Below, one piece after another: positions 45,086 through 53,592 of a DNA stretch of 53,592 nt. This stretch comes from a virus (Duplodnaviria > Caudoviricetes). The notes under the pieces are model-generated. The model was not told the DNA's origin. It searched no databases and saw only the letters and a list, made by a program, of their open reading frames with translations. The position numbers and the translations under genes were made by a program. How positions within the stretch are numbered: position 1 is the stretch's first letter; the number at the start of each line of letters is the position of its first letter. Where the stretch lies: positions 1-53,592 of IMG/VR virus record IMGVR_UViG_3300043399_000721. One strand, given 5' to 3'.

Positions 45086-47722
45086 TTACACTTCTTCGCC
45101 GTTGTTCGGTGTCCCGAACGGTTCCATTCTTACAATTCCATTAACGGACCGGCTGTTAATCAAGCACGGCTGAGAGAAGAGAACAAAGTATCCTATCCCG
45201 TCGGCCAGAATGGACTGAATTTTTGTTTCGTATGTTGGACCTAAAACTTCTGTGCCCATGGATGATCCGCTAATATTAGGGTCTTGGTTAATAGGCACGG
45301 TTCTGGTCACTGAATTATCTCCCACACCGTAATAAGCAAGGTATGAAAAGCTTGCAGGCACACTAATGAGTCCAGCAATTTCATTCAGTGTCGGATTATA
45401 AGTCACATATCTAAAAATGTCAGTCGTTGTTGGCTGTGAAGGATCAATCGTCAATAAAGACTCATTTGAAATCTTTAAATATGATTTACCGTCAAACTGG
45501 AATGGTGATTCAAAAAATTGAAGGTTAGATGCCGGAAGGTCGGCCACTAGAATAATATTGTTGGAAGAAATTTGATAGGCCATGATTCGGCCATTAAAGC
45601 TTCCAGCAAAGCCCAGCGATGCAGCAGTTATAAATTCGCACGATGCTGGAGAGTTAAGATTCACTCTCATGAGCTGACTGGGAATGATGTCATTGCCTCT
45701 AATGACATTCGTGTAGATATAGTTTTCAGAAGAACTGATAAATACTGTTCTCCCAAGACCACCCGTAAAATTTTCAGCAAAAGACGGTTGAAAGCTTTGA
45801 TCAATGAGCTTGGTGTTAAGGTTAATGCGGCAAAGAATTGTGGGAAGATTGTATGATCCTGCGCTGTCAGTTATGGCCCATGTTGAACCAACGGCCCCTG
45901 TTCTTGCGACATAGAGCCATTCTCCTGAAATGAACATACATTCCATGGATTGATAAGCAAATGTGGGCCAGCCGGAATCTTGAACTCCGGTCGTAGCGCC
46001 CACCACATAAAGGTAATCATTCGATCCAGTCCCGGTCCACTTCCTTAAAAAAAGCTTATTTGGGACAAGTGGAGAGCTAAGAAGAGGATGAGGACATTCT
46101 GCGCCTACGATTGGATCAATATTACTAACTATTGAAGTGAGTTCTCTGGTCGATTTATCAATAGTCGCAATACCCTTGGCGAATTTAGTCGTAAGGGGTG
46201 TCTTTATATTTATGACTTGAGCAAACACTTGCGGATAGTTTCCGGCCTGCCCTCTATATGCCAGTCCATGAGCAGAAAGGAGATTATCGACAATTTCAAT
46301 AAGACGGCATTCAGTACCGAGTATGAATCCTAAAAATAATAGGTCTTCAGAGCCATTTGAAGCGTTTACTTTAGAAATAACTCCGCCTGTCTTCACATAG
46401 TAAACATTTGTATTAGTTGCTACAAATAGTTCGCCAGTGGTGTTGGTCACTGTGAACGCTAGATCGCGAACAATAGAATAGTTAAACTTTTTAATTTGTC
46501 CTTGATGGGTGACATACAGGGCATCAGATGATGTTGCCATGTTGCCGATGGAGGTTGCGCCAAACCCACAATCAATGGGTGATACCCATGAATTTGTTGA
46601 TGCCTCCCATTTTGAGATAAAACACTGTCCATTGTAATATTGAATAAAGATCGTAGATTTATCTGGAGATATGGCCCATTGTCCATTAACAAAGGGCGCA
46701 CCGGGAAGAACTGGTGTTGAAGGAAATGAAGCAGGAATCCCTGTGAGCTTATTGATCTTTAAAATTTCTCCATTTGGATAGCTTGTTCCAGCGTAAGAAT
46801 AAGCAAATGTCACCACATGGCCAGCGTCAAAATCTTCCATTCTTAAACCAGCATAGTTAGATACTGAATTATTCCAAAGCTCAGTATTAGAACTTATTGA
46901 GTAGCCTGAGCATACGCCGAGACCAATAAAGATTGCGGTATTTGACGCTTCATCAATAACCATCCCGTCAAACTGATAGGTTCCCGCATTTGGATTGACA
47001 GAAAACTTAGTGTCGCAAAGCCATGTGACATTTCCTGTAGCGGCGTCGATCTCCACAAGACGTTGAGGATTTGCTGGATATCCAGGGCCCACGGTTATAG
47101 GCGGAAGAGTATATCCCATGAATGCTGTACCGTAAGAACCTATGGCCCAAACTTTTGACTTATCTTCCTTGATCTTGAAGAAAGATGTTTTCCAGTTACT
47201 AATTTTTGTGTTTATGCTTTCGGGAAATTGTCCTGTATCAGTTGTAACTATTGCTTGAAATGAAGATGGGGAGCCATAGTAAGTCGAACTTTCTTCAGAA
47301 ATGTAGAGATTGTCCGGAGATACACCAAGCTGATAATTTGAGAATCCGGCGAGAAGTGGGAAAAAAGAGTTATCAACAGAAAAAACCAGCGTGTAGTTAT
47401 TTACATCAGGAATCTGATCTCTTTCGAGCCTATATCTTCCATATTGCTGATCATAAATTGAAATGTTGGCCAGGATGAATCTTCTTCTAGCAAGTTCAGC
47501 AAAAAAGCCTTGCCCTGATATTGTTTCATTTCCGTCCGGGATGAGAGGAATAAGACAAATTTCATTTGAAACAGCACTAACATAAGTCAGAATGACTCTA
47601 TTCCAGTTCGCAATATTTTTAAAGAATGGCTGAGTGACCAGAGCGATCAAGTCAGTTGTGTTGAGTTGATATGTCTGGGAGATCCCTCTGGCGGGTGTAC
47701 TGGGAATGGTAATTAGTGCCAT
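45086..47722 (-). CDS. Large beta-propeller-like spike/receptor-binding protein
   Basis: AGGAG RBS before MALITIP. Repeated hydrophobic-strand...G..D..F blades. N-terminal ~115 aa shared with 47808-48629. Confidence 0.7.
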   Translation of the reverse strand: MALITIPSTPARGISQTYQLNTTDLIALVTQPFFKNIANWNRVILTYVSAVSNEICLIPLIPDGNETISGQGFFAELARRRFILANISIYDQQYGRYRLERDQIPDVNNYTLVFSVDNSFFPLLAGFSNYQLGVSPDNLYISEESSTYYGSPSSFQAIVTTDTGQFPESINTKISNWKTSFFKIKEDKSKVWAIGSYGTAFMGYTLPPITVGPGYPANPQRLVEIDAATGNVTWLCDTKFSVNPNAGTYQFDGMVIDEASNTAIFIGLGVCSGYSISSNTELWNNSVSNYAGLRMEDFDAGHVVTFAYSYAGTSYPNGEILKINKLTGIPASFPSTPVLPGAPFVNGQWAISPDKSTIFIQYYNGQCFISKWEASTNSWVSPIDCGFGATSIGNMATSSDALYVTHQGQIKKFNYSIVRDLAFTVTNTTGELFVATNTNVYYVKTGGVISKVNASNGSEDLLFLGFILGTECRLIEIVDNLLSAHGLAYRGQAGNYPQVFAQVINIKTPLTTKFAKGIATIDKSTRELTSIVSNIDPIVGAECPHPLLSSPLVPNKLFLRKWTGTGSNDYLYVVGATTGVQDSGWPTFAYQSMECMFISGEWLYVARTGAVGSTWAITDSAGSYNLPTILCRINLNTKLIDQSFQPSFAENFTGGLGRTVFISSSENYIYTNVIRGNDIIPSQLMRVNLNSPASCEFITAASLGFAGSFNGRIMAYQISSNNIILVADLPASNLQFFESPFQFDGKSYLKISNESLLTIDPSQPTTTDIFRYVTYNPTLNEIAGLISVPASFSYLAYYGVGDNSVTRTVPINQDPNISGSSMGTEVLGPTYETKIQSILADGIGYFVLFSQPCLINSRSVNGIVRMEPFGTPNNGEEV

Positions 47723-47740
47723 TATTAAGCTCCTGAAATT

Positions 47741-47767
47741 AAAAAGGGGAGGGTTTCCCCTCCCCTT
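47741..47767 (-). terminator. Rho-independent terminator
   Basis: Minus strand AAGGGGAGGG-GAAA-CCCTCCCCTT-TTT. Confidence 0.8.
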
Positions 47768-47807
47768 GAATTGTACCATCAATAATAGCTTCGTGAAAGC
47801 TTGTCTA

Positions 47808-48629
47808 TTAGCTTACTCTGACGGTGTTAATAACTGTTCCTGCAAGCCTCACACACGCATAAATTGTTCCGGAATTCGTCCATGTATTATGGAGGGTTTC
47901 ATTAACATAGAAGGATATGGTGCTTCCTGTGCGTGAAAACGTGTAAGTATTGAGTCCTGCTGGGGCGGTGAATCCAGAACCACCAGGAATATTAAACGGC
48001 GCAAAGGATGTTGATCCATCTCCTGAGATATAATAAACCTGTACTGGATCGCTCGGATCATATTCTGGCAACGGGCTAAAGCCAAAAGAAAACAAACTCA
48101 GCAGTTGAGAGCTATCAAATTTATAATAAAACTCAAAATCCCCAGTAAGGGCCTCTCCTTTAGCATAGTATTCCTGCGGGTATGGAGCATTTCTCTCCAG
48201 GCCACCATTATCTAAGGTTGTATAGGGTATATCGTTGTAGGTCGGAAGCCATATCCAGAAGTCACCCACTGGAGGAACTACTCCAAATGAAATGTCGTAA
48301 GATGCTACCGACGGAATCTCGGCCCTACTAAAGATGAGTCTTCCGTTCTGCTTATCGTAGATCGTAATATTTGAAACTTGAAAGTTATCCCTTGCCTCTG
48401 GTGAGAAAAATCCTGGAGCAACAGAAATATCTCCCGAAATATTAGGCACAAAGCTAATCATCGAGAGCTGGTTTGAAACGGAGCTAACATAAGTCAGAAG
48501 AACTTTCTTCCAATTATTCTTGTCCTGAAAATATTCGTCGCTAATGAGAGCGACGAGTGCGGCCTGATCAAGAGAGTAGTTTTGTAACTCATCTTTTGCA
48601 GGTGCTACTGGTAAAGTTAAAAGAGACAT
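47808..48629 (-). CDS. Spike protein with lectin-like beta-sandwich head
   Basis: Shared N-terminal domain; C-terminal LTGDFEF...RTGSTISFYVN ConA/SPRY-like pattern. Confidence 0.65.
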   Translation of the reverse strand: MSLLTLPVAPAKDELQNYSLDQAALVALISDEYFQDKNNWKKVLLTYVSSVSNQLSMISFVPNISGDISVAPGFFSPEARDNFQVSNITIYDKQNGRLIFSRAEIPSVASYDISFGVVPPVGDFWIWLPTYNDIPYTTLDNGGLERNAPYPQEYYAKGEALTGDFEFYYKFDSSQLLSLFSFGFSPLPEYDPSDPVQVYYISGDGSTSFAPFNIPGGSGFTAPAGLNTYTFSRTGSTISFYVNETLHNTWTNSGTIYACVRLAGTVINTVRVS

Positions 48630-48643
48630 AATTTTCCTTTGGT

Positions 48644-48672
48644 AAAAAAGAGGGGAGAAAACTCTCCCCTTT
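48644..48672 (-). terminator. Rho-independent terminator
   Basis: AGGGGAGA stem with a T-run on the minus strand. Confidence 0.75.
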
Positions 48673-48683
48673 CGTCATCAAAC

Positions 48684-51677
48684 TTACGCTTTAACGTAGT
48701 TAAAATAAATAATCTGATCTTGCTCCAGAGGAGAAGCCCCTGCTGACGCTGATGGCCCTTGGAAGATGAGGCGAGTGACTGATCCAGAGTTATCCTGCTG
48801 GAAGTCAGCGTCAGCGTCAGCACCAAGAACCACGATCAAGTTTACGCGATCAGAAGAACAGATGACTGATCCAAGGCTTGCCTTGAAAGAAAGATCAATA
48901 TACTGGTTTGAAATATCGGCAGCAGAAAGGACAACTTTCTGAACTTCATAATCAGTACCAGCAGCGATTCTTGAATCAACGTATGCCTTAGTAGCAGCGT
49001 CTTGAGCAAGAGATGGATCAGCAAGATTAGAAATCTTGGCATTAAGCATATCGACTGAACCATCAATCTGTCTGAAGGCCGGACGGATTTCAAGATCAAC
49101 TTCGCCACGGAAGGCCGGAGATTCAATTCCAAGGCTTTCAACCATGTACTGAACACCATTAACAGCAGCACCAGAATCAGAACCGAATGAAGAAGTTAAA
49201 ACTTGTTCAGAAGGACTCTGAGGGCCTACGTTAAGGCCTGAGACAGTAAGGAGCTTAAATCTTGGAAGCTCAGGGTGAGCTACTGGCTCCTGACCAAAGT
49301 AAACGATACACTTCTGTCCTACTGCTGGAGAAGCACCGTCAAATCCAGAGTAAACCTGACGTGATTTAGCAAAGCCTGGGATTGCGTCGCCAGAGCCAGT
49401 TGGTACTGTATAGACTGCTAGAATCGGAGATCGTACAACATCAAAAGTCATCACTGCGTAAGCAGAGAAGTCTCCAAGTGTAATATTCGCCTGGTTTAGA
49501 CCATCGAAGAAATACCAGTTAATCTTCTGGCCAGCAACAGAGTTCTTGTAATACCAACCATGACGAGGATTAGTCGATGAAGTTGGGTCAAGCTGTCCTG
49601 GTTGTCCGTCAGCATAAACAGAGGCAAAGCTATTGTATGCACTAGCAGCAATTATTTCGCTTCTCTCTTCAAGAACGATAACTTCTGCTTGAATAGCATC
49701 CATTTCCGACTCAAGGGTATCAACTCTTCCATCAAGAGAGATAATATCTGCTTGAGCTTGATCCATTTCAGATTCAAGAGTAGAGACTTTAGGCTCAAGA
49801 ATATCAAGTCTGCCATCAAGAGAAATAATGCTTGCTTGAGCAGCATCCATTTCTGATTCAAGAGTAGAAACCTTTGGCTCAAGAATATCAAGTCGTCCAT
49901 CGAGAGATAAAATGTCTGATTGAGCTTGAGACATTTGAGGAATGAGAACATTCACATCTGTCTGAAGCGCTAGGATCGCTGATTGAGCGGCATCCATTTC
50001 AGATTCAAGAGTATCAACTCTACCATCGAGAGAAATAATATCTGCTTGGGCCGTATCCATTTCAGATTCAAGAGTAGAAATTCTGCTTATAACAGCAGGA
50101 GCAACTTGAAGTTGGTTAGAGCCATTGATTGAAATGGTTGAGCTATCAACGAGAGCGTTTACTTCACCAGAAGAAATGGAGATCGCGTCACCTCCAACGA
50201 GGCCAGCGCCAGAAATCTGTGCATCTACATAGGCCTTAGATGCCGCATCTTGTGGATCAGTAGGATCAGCGATATCAACGATCTTATTTGATTGCATATC
50301 AAGCTGAGAGTTGATTTCTACGATCCGTGAAGAAAGGGCAATTTTACCACGAACGCCAGTACCAGAAACTGCCGCTGTTTCAAGAGAAATATCACCACCG
50401 TTTACATTAGATTGAAGGCCATAGGCATCAGACTGGATAAAGATGGATTTACCTGTAGTGTCTCCGGCAGGATCGTATGATGCTGCGACAGACGCCAGGT
50501 ACATGTCAGTACCGGAAGACGCATGAACGTAAGCGAAATTGAAGAACCATTGAGTTCCCCAGTCACCGCTGTTATGAGCATTAGTGGTCTTCGGCTTGAT
50601 CATTTGAGTTGAGAGGTCTTGAGAAAGCTTAGGAATCAGAGGAACAAGGTTTCCGCCGTTAGGATTCTGCGCTCCCTGCTTAGAGCCGGATACAAGATCA
50701 AAGTCGGCATAAGAAGAAGGACCATCAACGATCAGGTTTTCAGACTGGAAGCTTCTCAGGAAGGATGCGCAACGTCTTCCGAAGTCATTAACAGTAGTCG
50801 TCTGGGTTAAGTTTGTGCAATATCCGCCTGTAGCATTAAGAATTGTGGCCATACCACCATTAGGATGCTGGTTCAGGTTGATGTTGCTATAACAAATGTT
50901 ATTAGAGAAGACACCGACGTTAATACCTGAAATGGTGATGGCACCAAAGAAGATTGTTCCATCAAACTGCGCTTGAGCAATAGCATTGTTGTAACCATAC
51001 ATGTTCAACGTAGAAACAAACTGACAGCGGCTAAAGTAAAGTTTACCAGCAGCAGAGGTTACAGTTGTCCAGTTGAAGTTAGCGGCAGAAAGGAAAGTCA
51101 CTTCCACAGCACCCGATCTGTTATCAAAGCTGCTGTTAGCCGAGAACGACGCATCCATGGATACTGCGCCTGTGATACGAACTGACTCACGGCTTTGTCC
51201 AATAAGATAGACGTTTGGCTTAATAGATACTGATGCTTCTGTATAATTTCCGGCCTGGATTAGGATGGCGTATCTCTTTGACGGAGAGTTGTCCGAAATA
51301 GCTGCCATGGCCGCTGAAACTGTGAGAAATGGATTGTGTTGTGACCCATCCCCGGTCAGATCATTTCCTGATTTAGCAACATAGATTTCCTGGGCATAGT
51401 CAAAAGTCTCCAGGGCGTCAAGACGGGCATCAAGTGCTGTCTGGATAGCATCTACTTGTTGCTTTGATACGGCCTGAAGTGCTTCGACAGCATCACCCGG
51501 AAGGTATGGCTGCTTGAGAAGCTGAAGCTGGTTAGAGGAATCAAGCTTAAGAAGGTCTTGGCTTGAAAGCCCGTCAGCAGCTTTTGATTTAAGAGCTAGA
51601 TTGTTTTCAAGGTCAATCTGAACCGAGCCTACTTGGTCCGTTCCGATATACTTTTTAGAAAGTTTAGTCTCTGACAT
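48684..51677 (-). CDS. Large trimeric fibre/spike protein (outer virus)
   Basis: 997 aa: beta-helix-type domain homologous to 14729-17320, DAA.KAYVD necks, long heptad repeat. Confidence 0.85.
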   Translation of the reverse strand: MSETKLSKKYIGTDQVGSVQIDLENNLALKSKAADGLSSQDLLKLDSSNQLQLLKQPYLPGDAVEALQAVSKQQVDAIQTALDARLDALETFDYAQEIYVAKSGNDLTGDGSQHNPFLTVSAAMAAISDNSPSKRYAILIQAGNYTEASVSIKPNVYLIGQSRESVRITGAVSMDASFSANSSFDNRSGAVEVTFLSAANFNWTTVTSAAGKLYFSRCQFVSTLNMYGYNNAIAQAQFDGTIFFGAITISGINVGVFSNNICYSNINLNQHPNGGMATILNATGGYCTNLTQTTTVNDFGRRCASFLRSFQSENLIVDGPSSYADFDLVSGSKQGAQNPNGGNLVPLIPKLSQDLSTQMIKPKTTNAHNSGDWGTQWFFNFAYVHASSGTDMYLASVAASYDPAGDTTGKSIFIQSDAYGLQSNVNGGDISLETAAVSGTGVRGKIALSSRIVEINSQLDMQSNKIVDIADPTDPQDAASKAYVDAQISGAGLVGGDAISISSGEVNALVDSSTISINGSNQLQVAPAVISRISTLESEMDTAQADIISLDGRVDTLESEMDAAQSAILALQTDVNVLIPQMSQAQSDILSLDGRLDILEPKVSTLESEMDAAQASIISLDGRLDILEPKVSTLESEMDQAQADIISLDGRVDTLESEMDAIQAEVIVLEERSEIIAASAYNSFASVYADGQPGQLDPTSSTNPRHGWYYKNSVAGQKINWYFFDGLNQANITLGDFSAYAVMTFDVVRSPILAVYTVPTGSGDAIPGFAKSRQVYSGFDGASPAVGQKCIVYFGQEPVAHPELPRFKLLTVSGLNVGPQSPSEQVLTSSFGSDSGAAVNGVQYMVESLGIESPAFRGEVDLEIRPAFRQIDGSVDMLNAKISNLADPSLAQDAATKAYVDSRIAAGTDYEVQKVVLSAADISNQYIDLSFKASLGSVICSSDRVNLIVVLGADADADFQQDNSGSVTRLIFQGPSASAGASPLEQDQIIYFNYVKA
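49680..50085 (-). repeat. Intragenic heptad coiled-coil repeats
   Basis: TLESEMD.AQ..I.SLDGR recurs several times; DNA motif TCCATTTCAGATTCAAGAGT recurs. Confidence 0.85.
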
Positions 51678-51693
51678 ATTTTCTCCTCTTGAG

Positions 51694-51721
51694 AAAAAGA
51701 GAGGGGCACATGGCCCCTCTC
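51694..51721 (-). terminator. Rho-independent terminator
   Basis: Minus strand GAGAGGGGC stem followed by TTTTT. Confidence 0.75.
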
Positions 51722-51773
51722 AGTAAGTGATAAATATGGCCAGACGATTAACGCCTGGCCGGAGGGAAACAAA

Positions 51774-53591
51774 TTAGTCGATCACACACTGGATATAGAG
51801 GGTCTGACCTGCTTCAAGGGCCTCTGCTCCAGCGGAAGCAGAAGGTCCACCGGGGATGAAAGTGATACGAGTCATACCACCTGCACCACCAGTAAGATCA
51901 ACACTGTAATCCAGACCTTCCCAGAGCCATACTCGCTGACTTACACCGATCTGACAAGATTGAGCAAGAGCTACAACCGAAAGATCAACGTACTGGTTAG
52001 TAATGTCACCAGCAGAAAGCGTGATAGCTTGCTTGTGGAAATCTGTACCAGCAGAAATCTGAGCATCTACGTAGGCCTTTGTCGCTGCATCTTGTGCTGC
52101 AACAGGATCAGCAAGATCAATGATCTTGTTAGACTGCATATCAAGCTGAGAGTTGATTTCAACAATGCGAGAAGTAATAGCGATCTTACCACGCACACCT
52201 GAAACAACTGAACCAGTCGAAATGAAAATGTCTCCAGATGCTCCTGAGCCAGCATTGTTACCAGTTTGAATATTTACAAGTCCAGTAGCGGCAAAAGAAG
52301 CAGCATTGGTGATAGCACCAGAAGTAACCACTGCATTACCAGTAGCACCTGTTCCGGAGTTCTGACCTGAAGTAAGAATGGCAAGGCCTGAAGCAAAGCT
52401 TCCTGTTCCCGCACCAGAGCTAACAACAACTGAACCAGACACAGCAGCAGACTGAGGAGCGGTAGCAAATGCAAATGCTCCTGTTCCAATTGGCCCTGAC
52501 TTCAGGGAAACAATGCTTACACCGGCAGGAATAGCTGTGGTTTCAAGGTTGTCAAGGTTAGTGTTTGCCTTACCTTCAAAGGCCGTGATCGCCTGACCGA
52601 GAGGAATTGCATCAGAGAGTTCAGAAGCTTCACCAACACCTGTGATTCTCTGGCCGCTCATATCCAGAACACCTGTCATTGGACGAGTGCCATCAAGCTT
52701 CAGGAAGGTGAGGTCTTCAGCTTCAAGCGCAGTAATATCACTTTCAGCAGTATCCATGCGTCCTTCGAGGGCATTGATGTCGCTTTCAGCAGTATCCATA
52801 CGGCCCTCAAGGGCGATGATGTCTGCCTGAGCAGTATCCATCTCGGACTCAAGTGTGCCAATTCTTCCCATGACTGCTGGATCAACACGAAGCTGATTGC
52901 TACCATCAAGAGAAATAGTCGTATTGTCGTATCTGACGTTAAATTCAGTACCGTCAAGTGAGAGGCCATCACCAGCGGTGTATGTACCAGCTCCGGAGAA
53001 CTGAACAAACTGAACTGGATCAGTACCAACAACAGCTACAACATCAATTTCAACCCATCCAGTATCAGCATACTGAGTACCATCTTGAACGAATACAAAG
53101 TCACCGCCGGCCATTTCGGCTGGGGTATTGTAGTCCAGGGCGCGGGTGAAGACTGTGCCGAGGGAGCCGTTAGAGCCAACAGTATAAATACCGTTATGGG
53201 CCTTATTGACCTGACCGTTGACGATTACTCGGTCGCCAGCGATGAATGTGTAGCCATCATAAGCTGTGAGTGCAACGGAGAGAGTCAGTGTAGCACCAAC
53301 ACCATCAGCGCCGTTATCGTAGCTGACTGTACCGCCTGAAGCAGACTCGAGGGTTTGGTTAATGATGACTTTTGCTGGAGCATGAACGTGAAGACCTTCT
53401 GCTACTGCGTCCACGTATTGCTTATTGGCCGCATCACGAGCATCAACAGGATCAGCAAGGCCAGTGATCTTGTGGTGAACGCCGATAGAAGGCATCATGC
53501 TGAGATCACCTGTCATGGCGCGAGAACCGTCGAGCTTAACAAATGTCAGGTCTTCGGCCTGAAGATCAGAAATGTCGGACTCAACCGCATC
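51774..53591 (-). CDS. Trimeric fibre protein, 5' end beyond the window
   Basis: Frame open to window end; DAANKQYVD, GQVNKAHNGIY, FVQFSGAGTYTAGDGL fibre motifs; heptad repeats. Confidence 0.85.
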   Translation of the reverse strand, partial: DAVESDISDLQAEDLTFVKLDGSRAMTGDLSMMPSIGVHHKITGLADPVDARDAANKQYVDAVAEGLHVHAPAKVIINQTLESASGGTVSYDNGADGVGATLTLSVALTAYDGYTFIAGDRVIVNGQVNKAHNGIYTVGSNGSLGTVFTRALDYNTPAEMAGGDFVFVQDGTQYADTGWVEIDVVAVVGTDPVQFVQFSGAGTYTAGDGLSLDGTEFNVRYDNTTISLDGSNQLRVDPAVMGRIGTLESEMDTAQADIIALEGRMDTAESDINALEGRMDTAESDITALEAEDLTFLKLDGTRPMTGVLDMSGQRITGVGEASELSDAIPLGQAITAFEGKANTNLDNLETTAIPAGVSIVSLKSGPIGTGAFAFATAPQSAAVSGSVVVSSGAGTGSFASGLAILTSGQNSGTGATGNAVVTSGAITNAASFAATGLVNIQTGNNAGSGASGDIFISTGSVVSGVRGKIAITSRIVEINSQLDMQSNKIIDLADPVAAQDAATKAYVDAQISAGTDFHKQAITLSAGDITNQYVDLSVVALAQSCQIGVSQRVWLWEGLDYSVDLTGGAGGMTRITFIPGGPSASAGAEALEAGQTLYIQCVID

Positions 53592-53592
53592 C

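Overview
The window is entirely virus-like and nested. A near-complete tailed phage (35,413 bp per unit) sits between two copies of a 2,586-bp direct repeat at 3492-6077 and 38905-41490. It carries terS, HNH, terL, portal, scaffold, capsid, fibres, tail tube, a frameshifted tail chaperone, tape measure, lysis genes, ERF and exonucleases, but no recognisable integrase. The repeat comprises an orphan C5-methyltransferase-like gene plus an IS1595-family element with a passenger dcm-type methyltransferase. The whole 38-kb block (3492-41490) is bracketed by an exact 8-bp duplication, AAAATTAA. Removing the block restores a clean stop-RBS-ATG junction in a second, outer virus-like genome. That genome has an SSB-like gene, many small ORFs, tRNA-Gln, membrane-anchored proteins and large trimeric fibres. 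This is the geometry of a transposition-made phage-in-phage cointegrate, although an assembly walk through a shared repeat cannot be excluded. The two viruses share a closely related fibre domain. The outer genome also has a four-helix-bundle (23S-IVP/Avd fold) gene flanked by mirror-image arrays of three triloop hairpins joined by CAAA/TTTG linkers, a structure that matches no element I recognise. All calls are by eye from motifs and synteny; no database searches were run.
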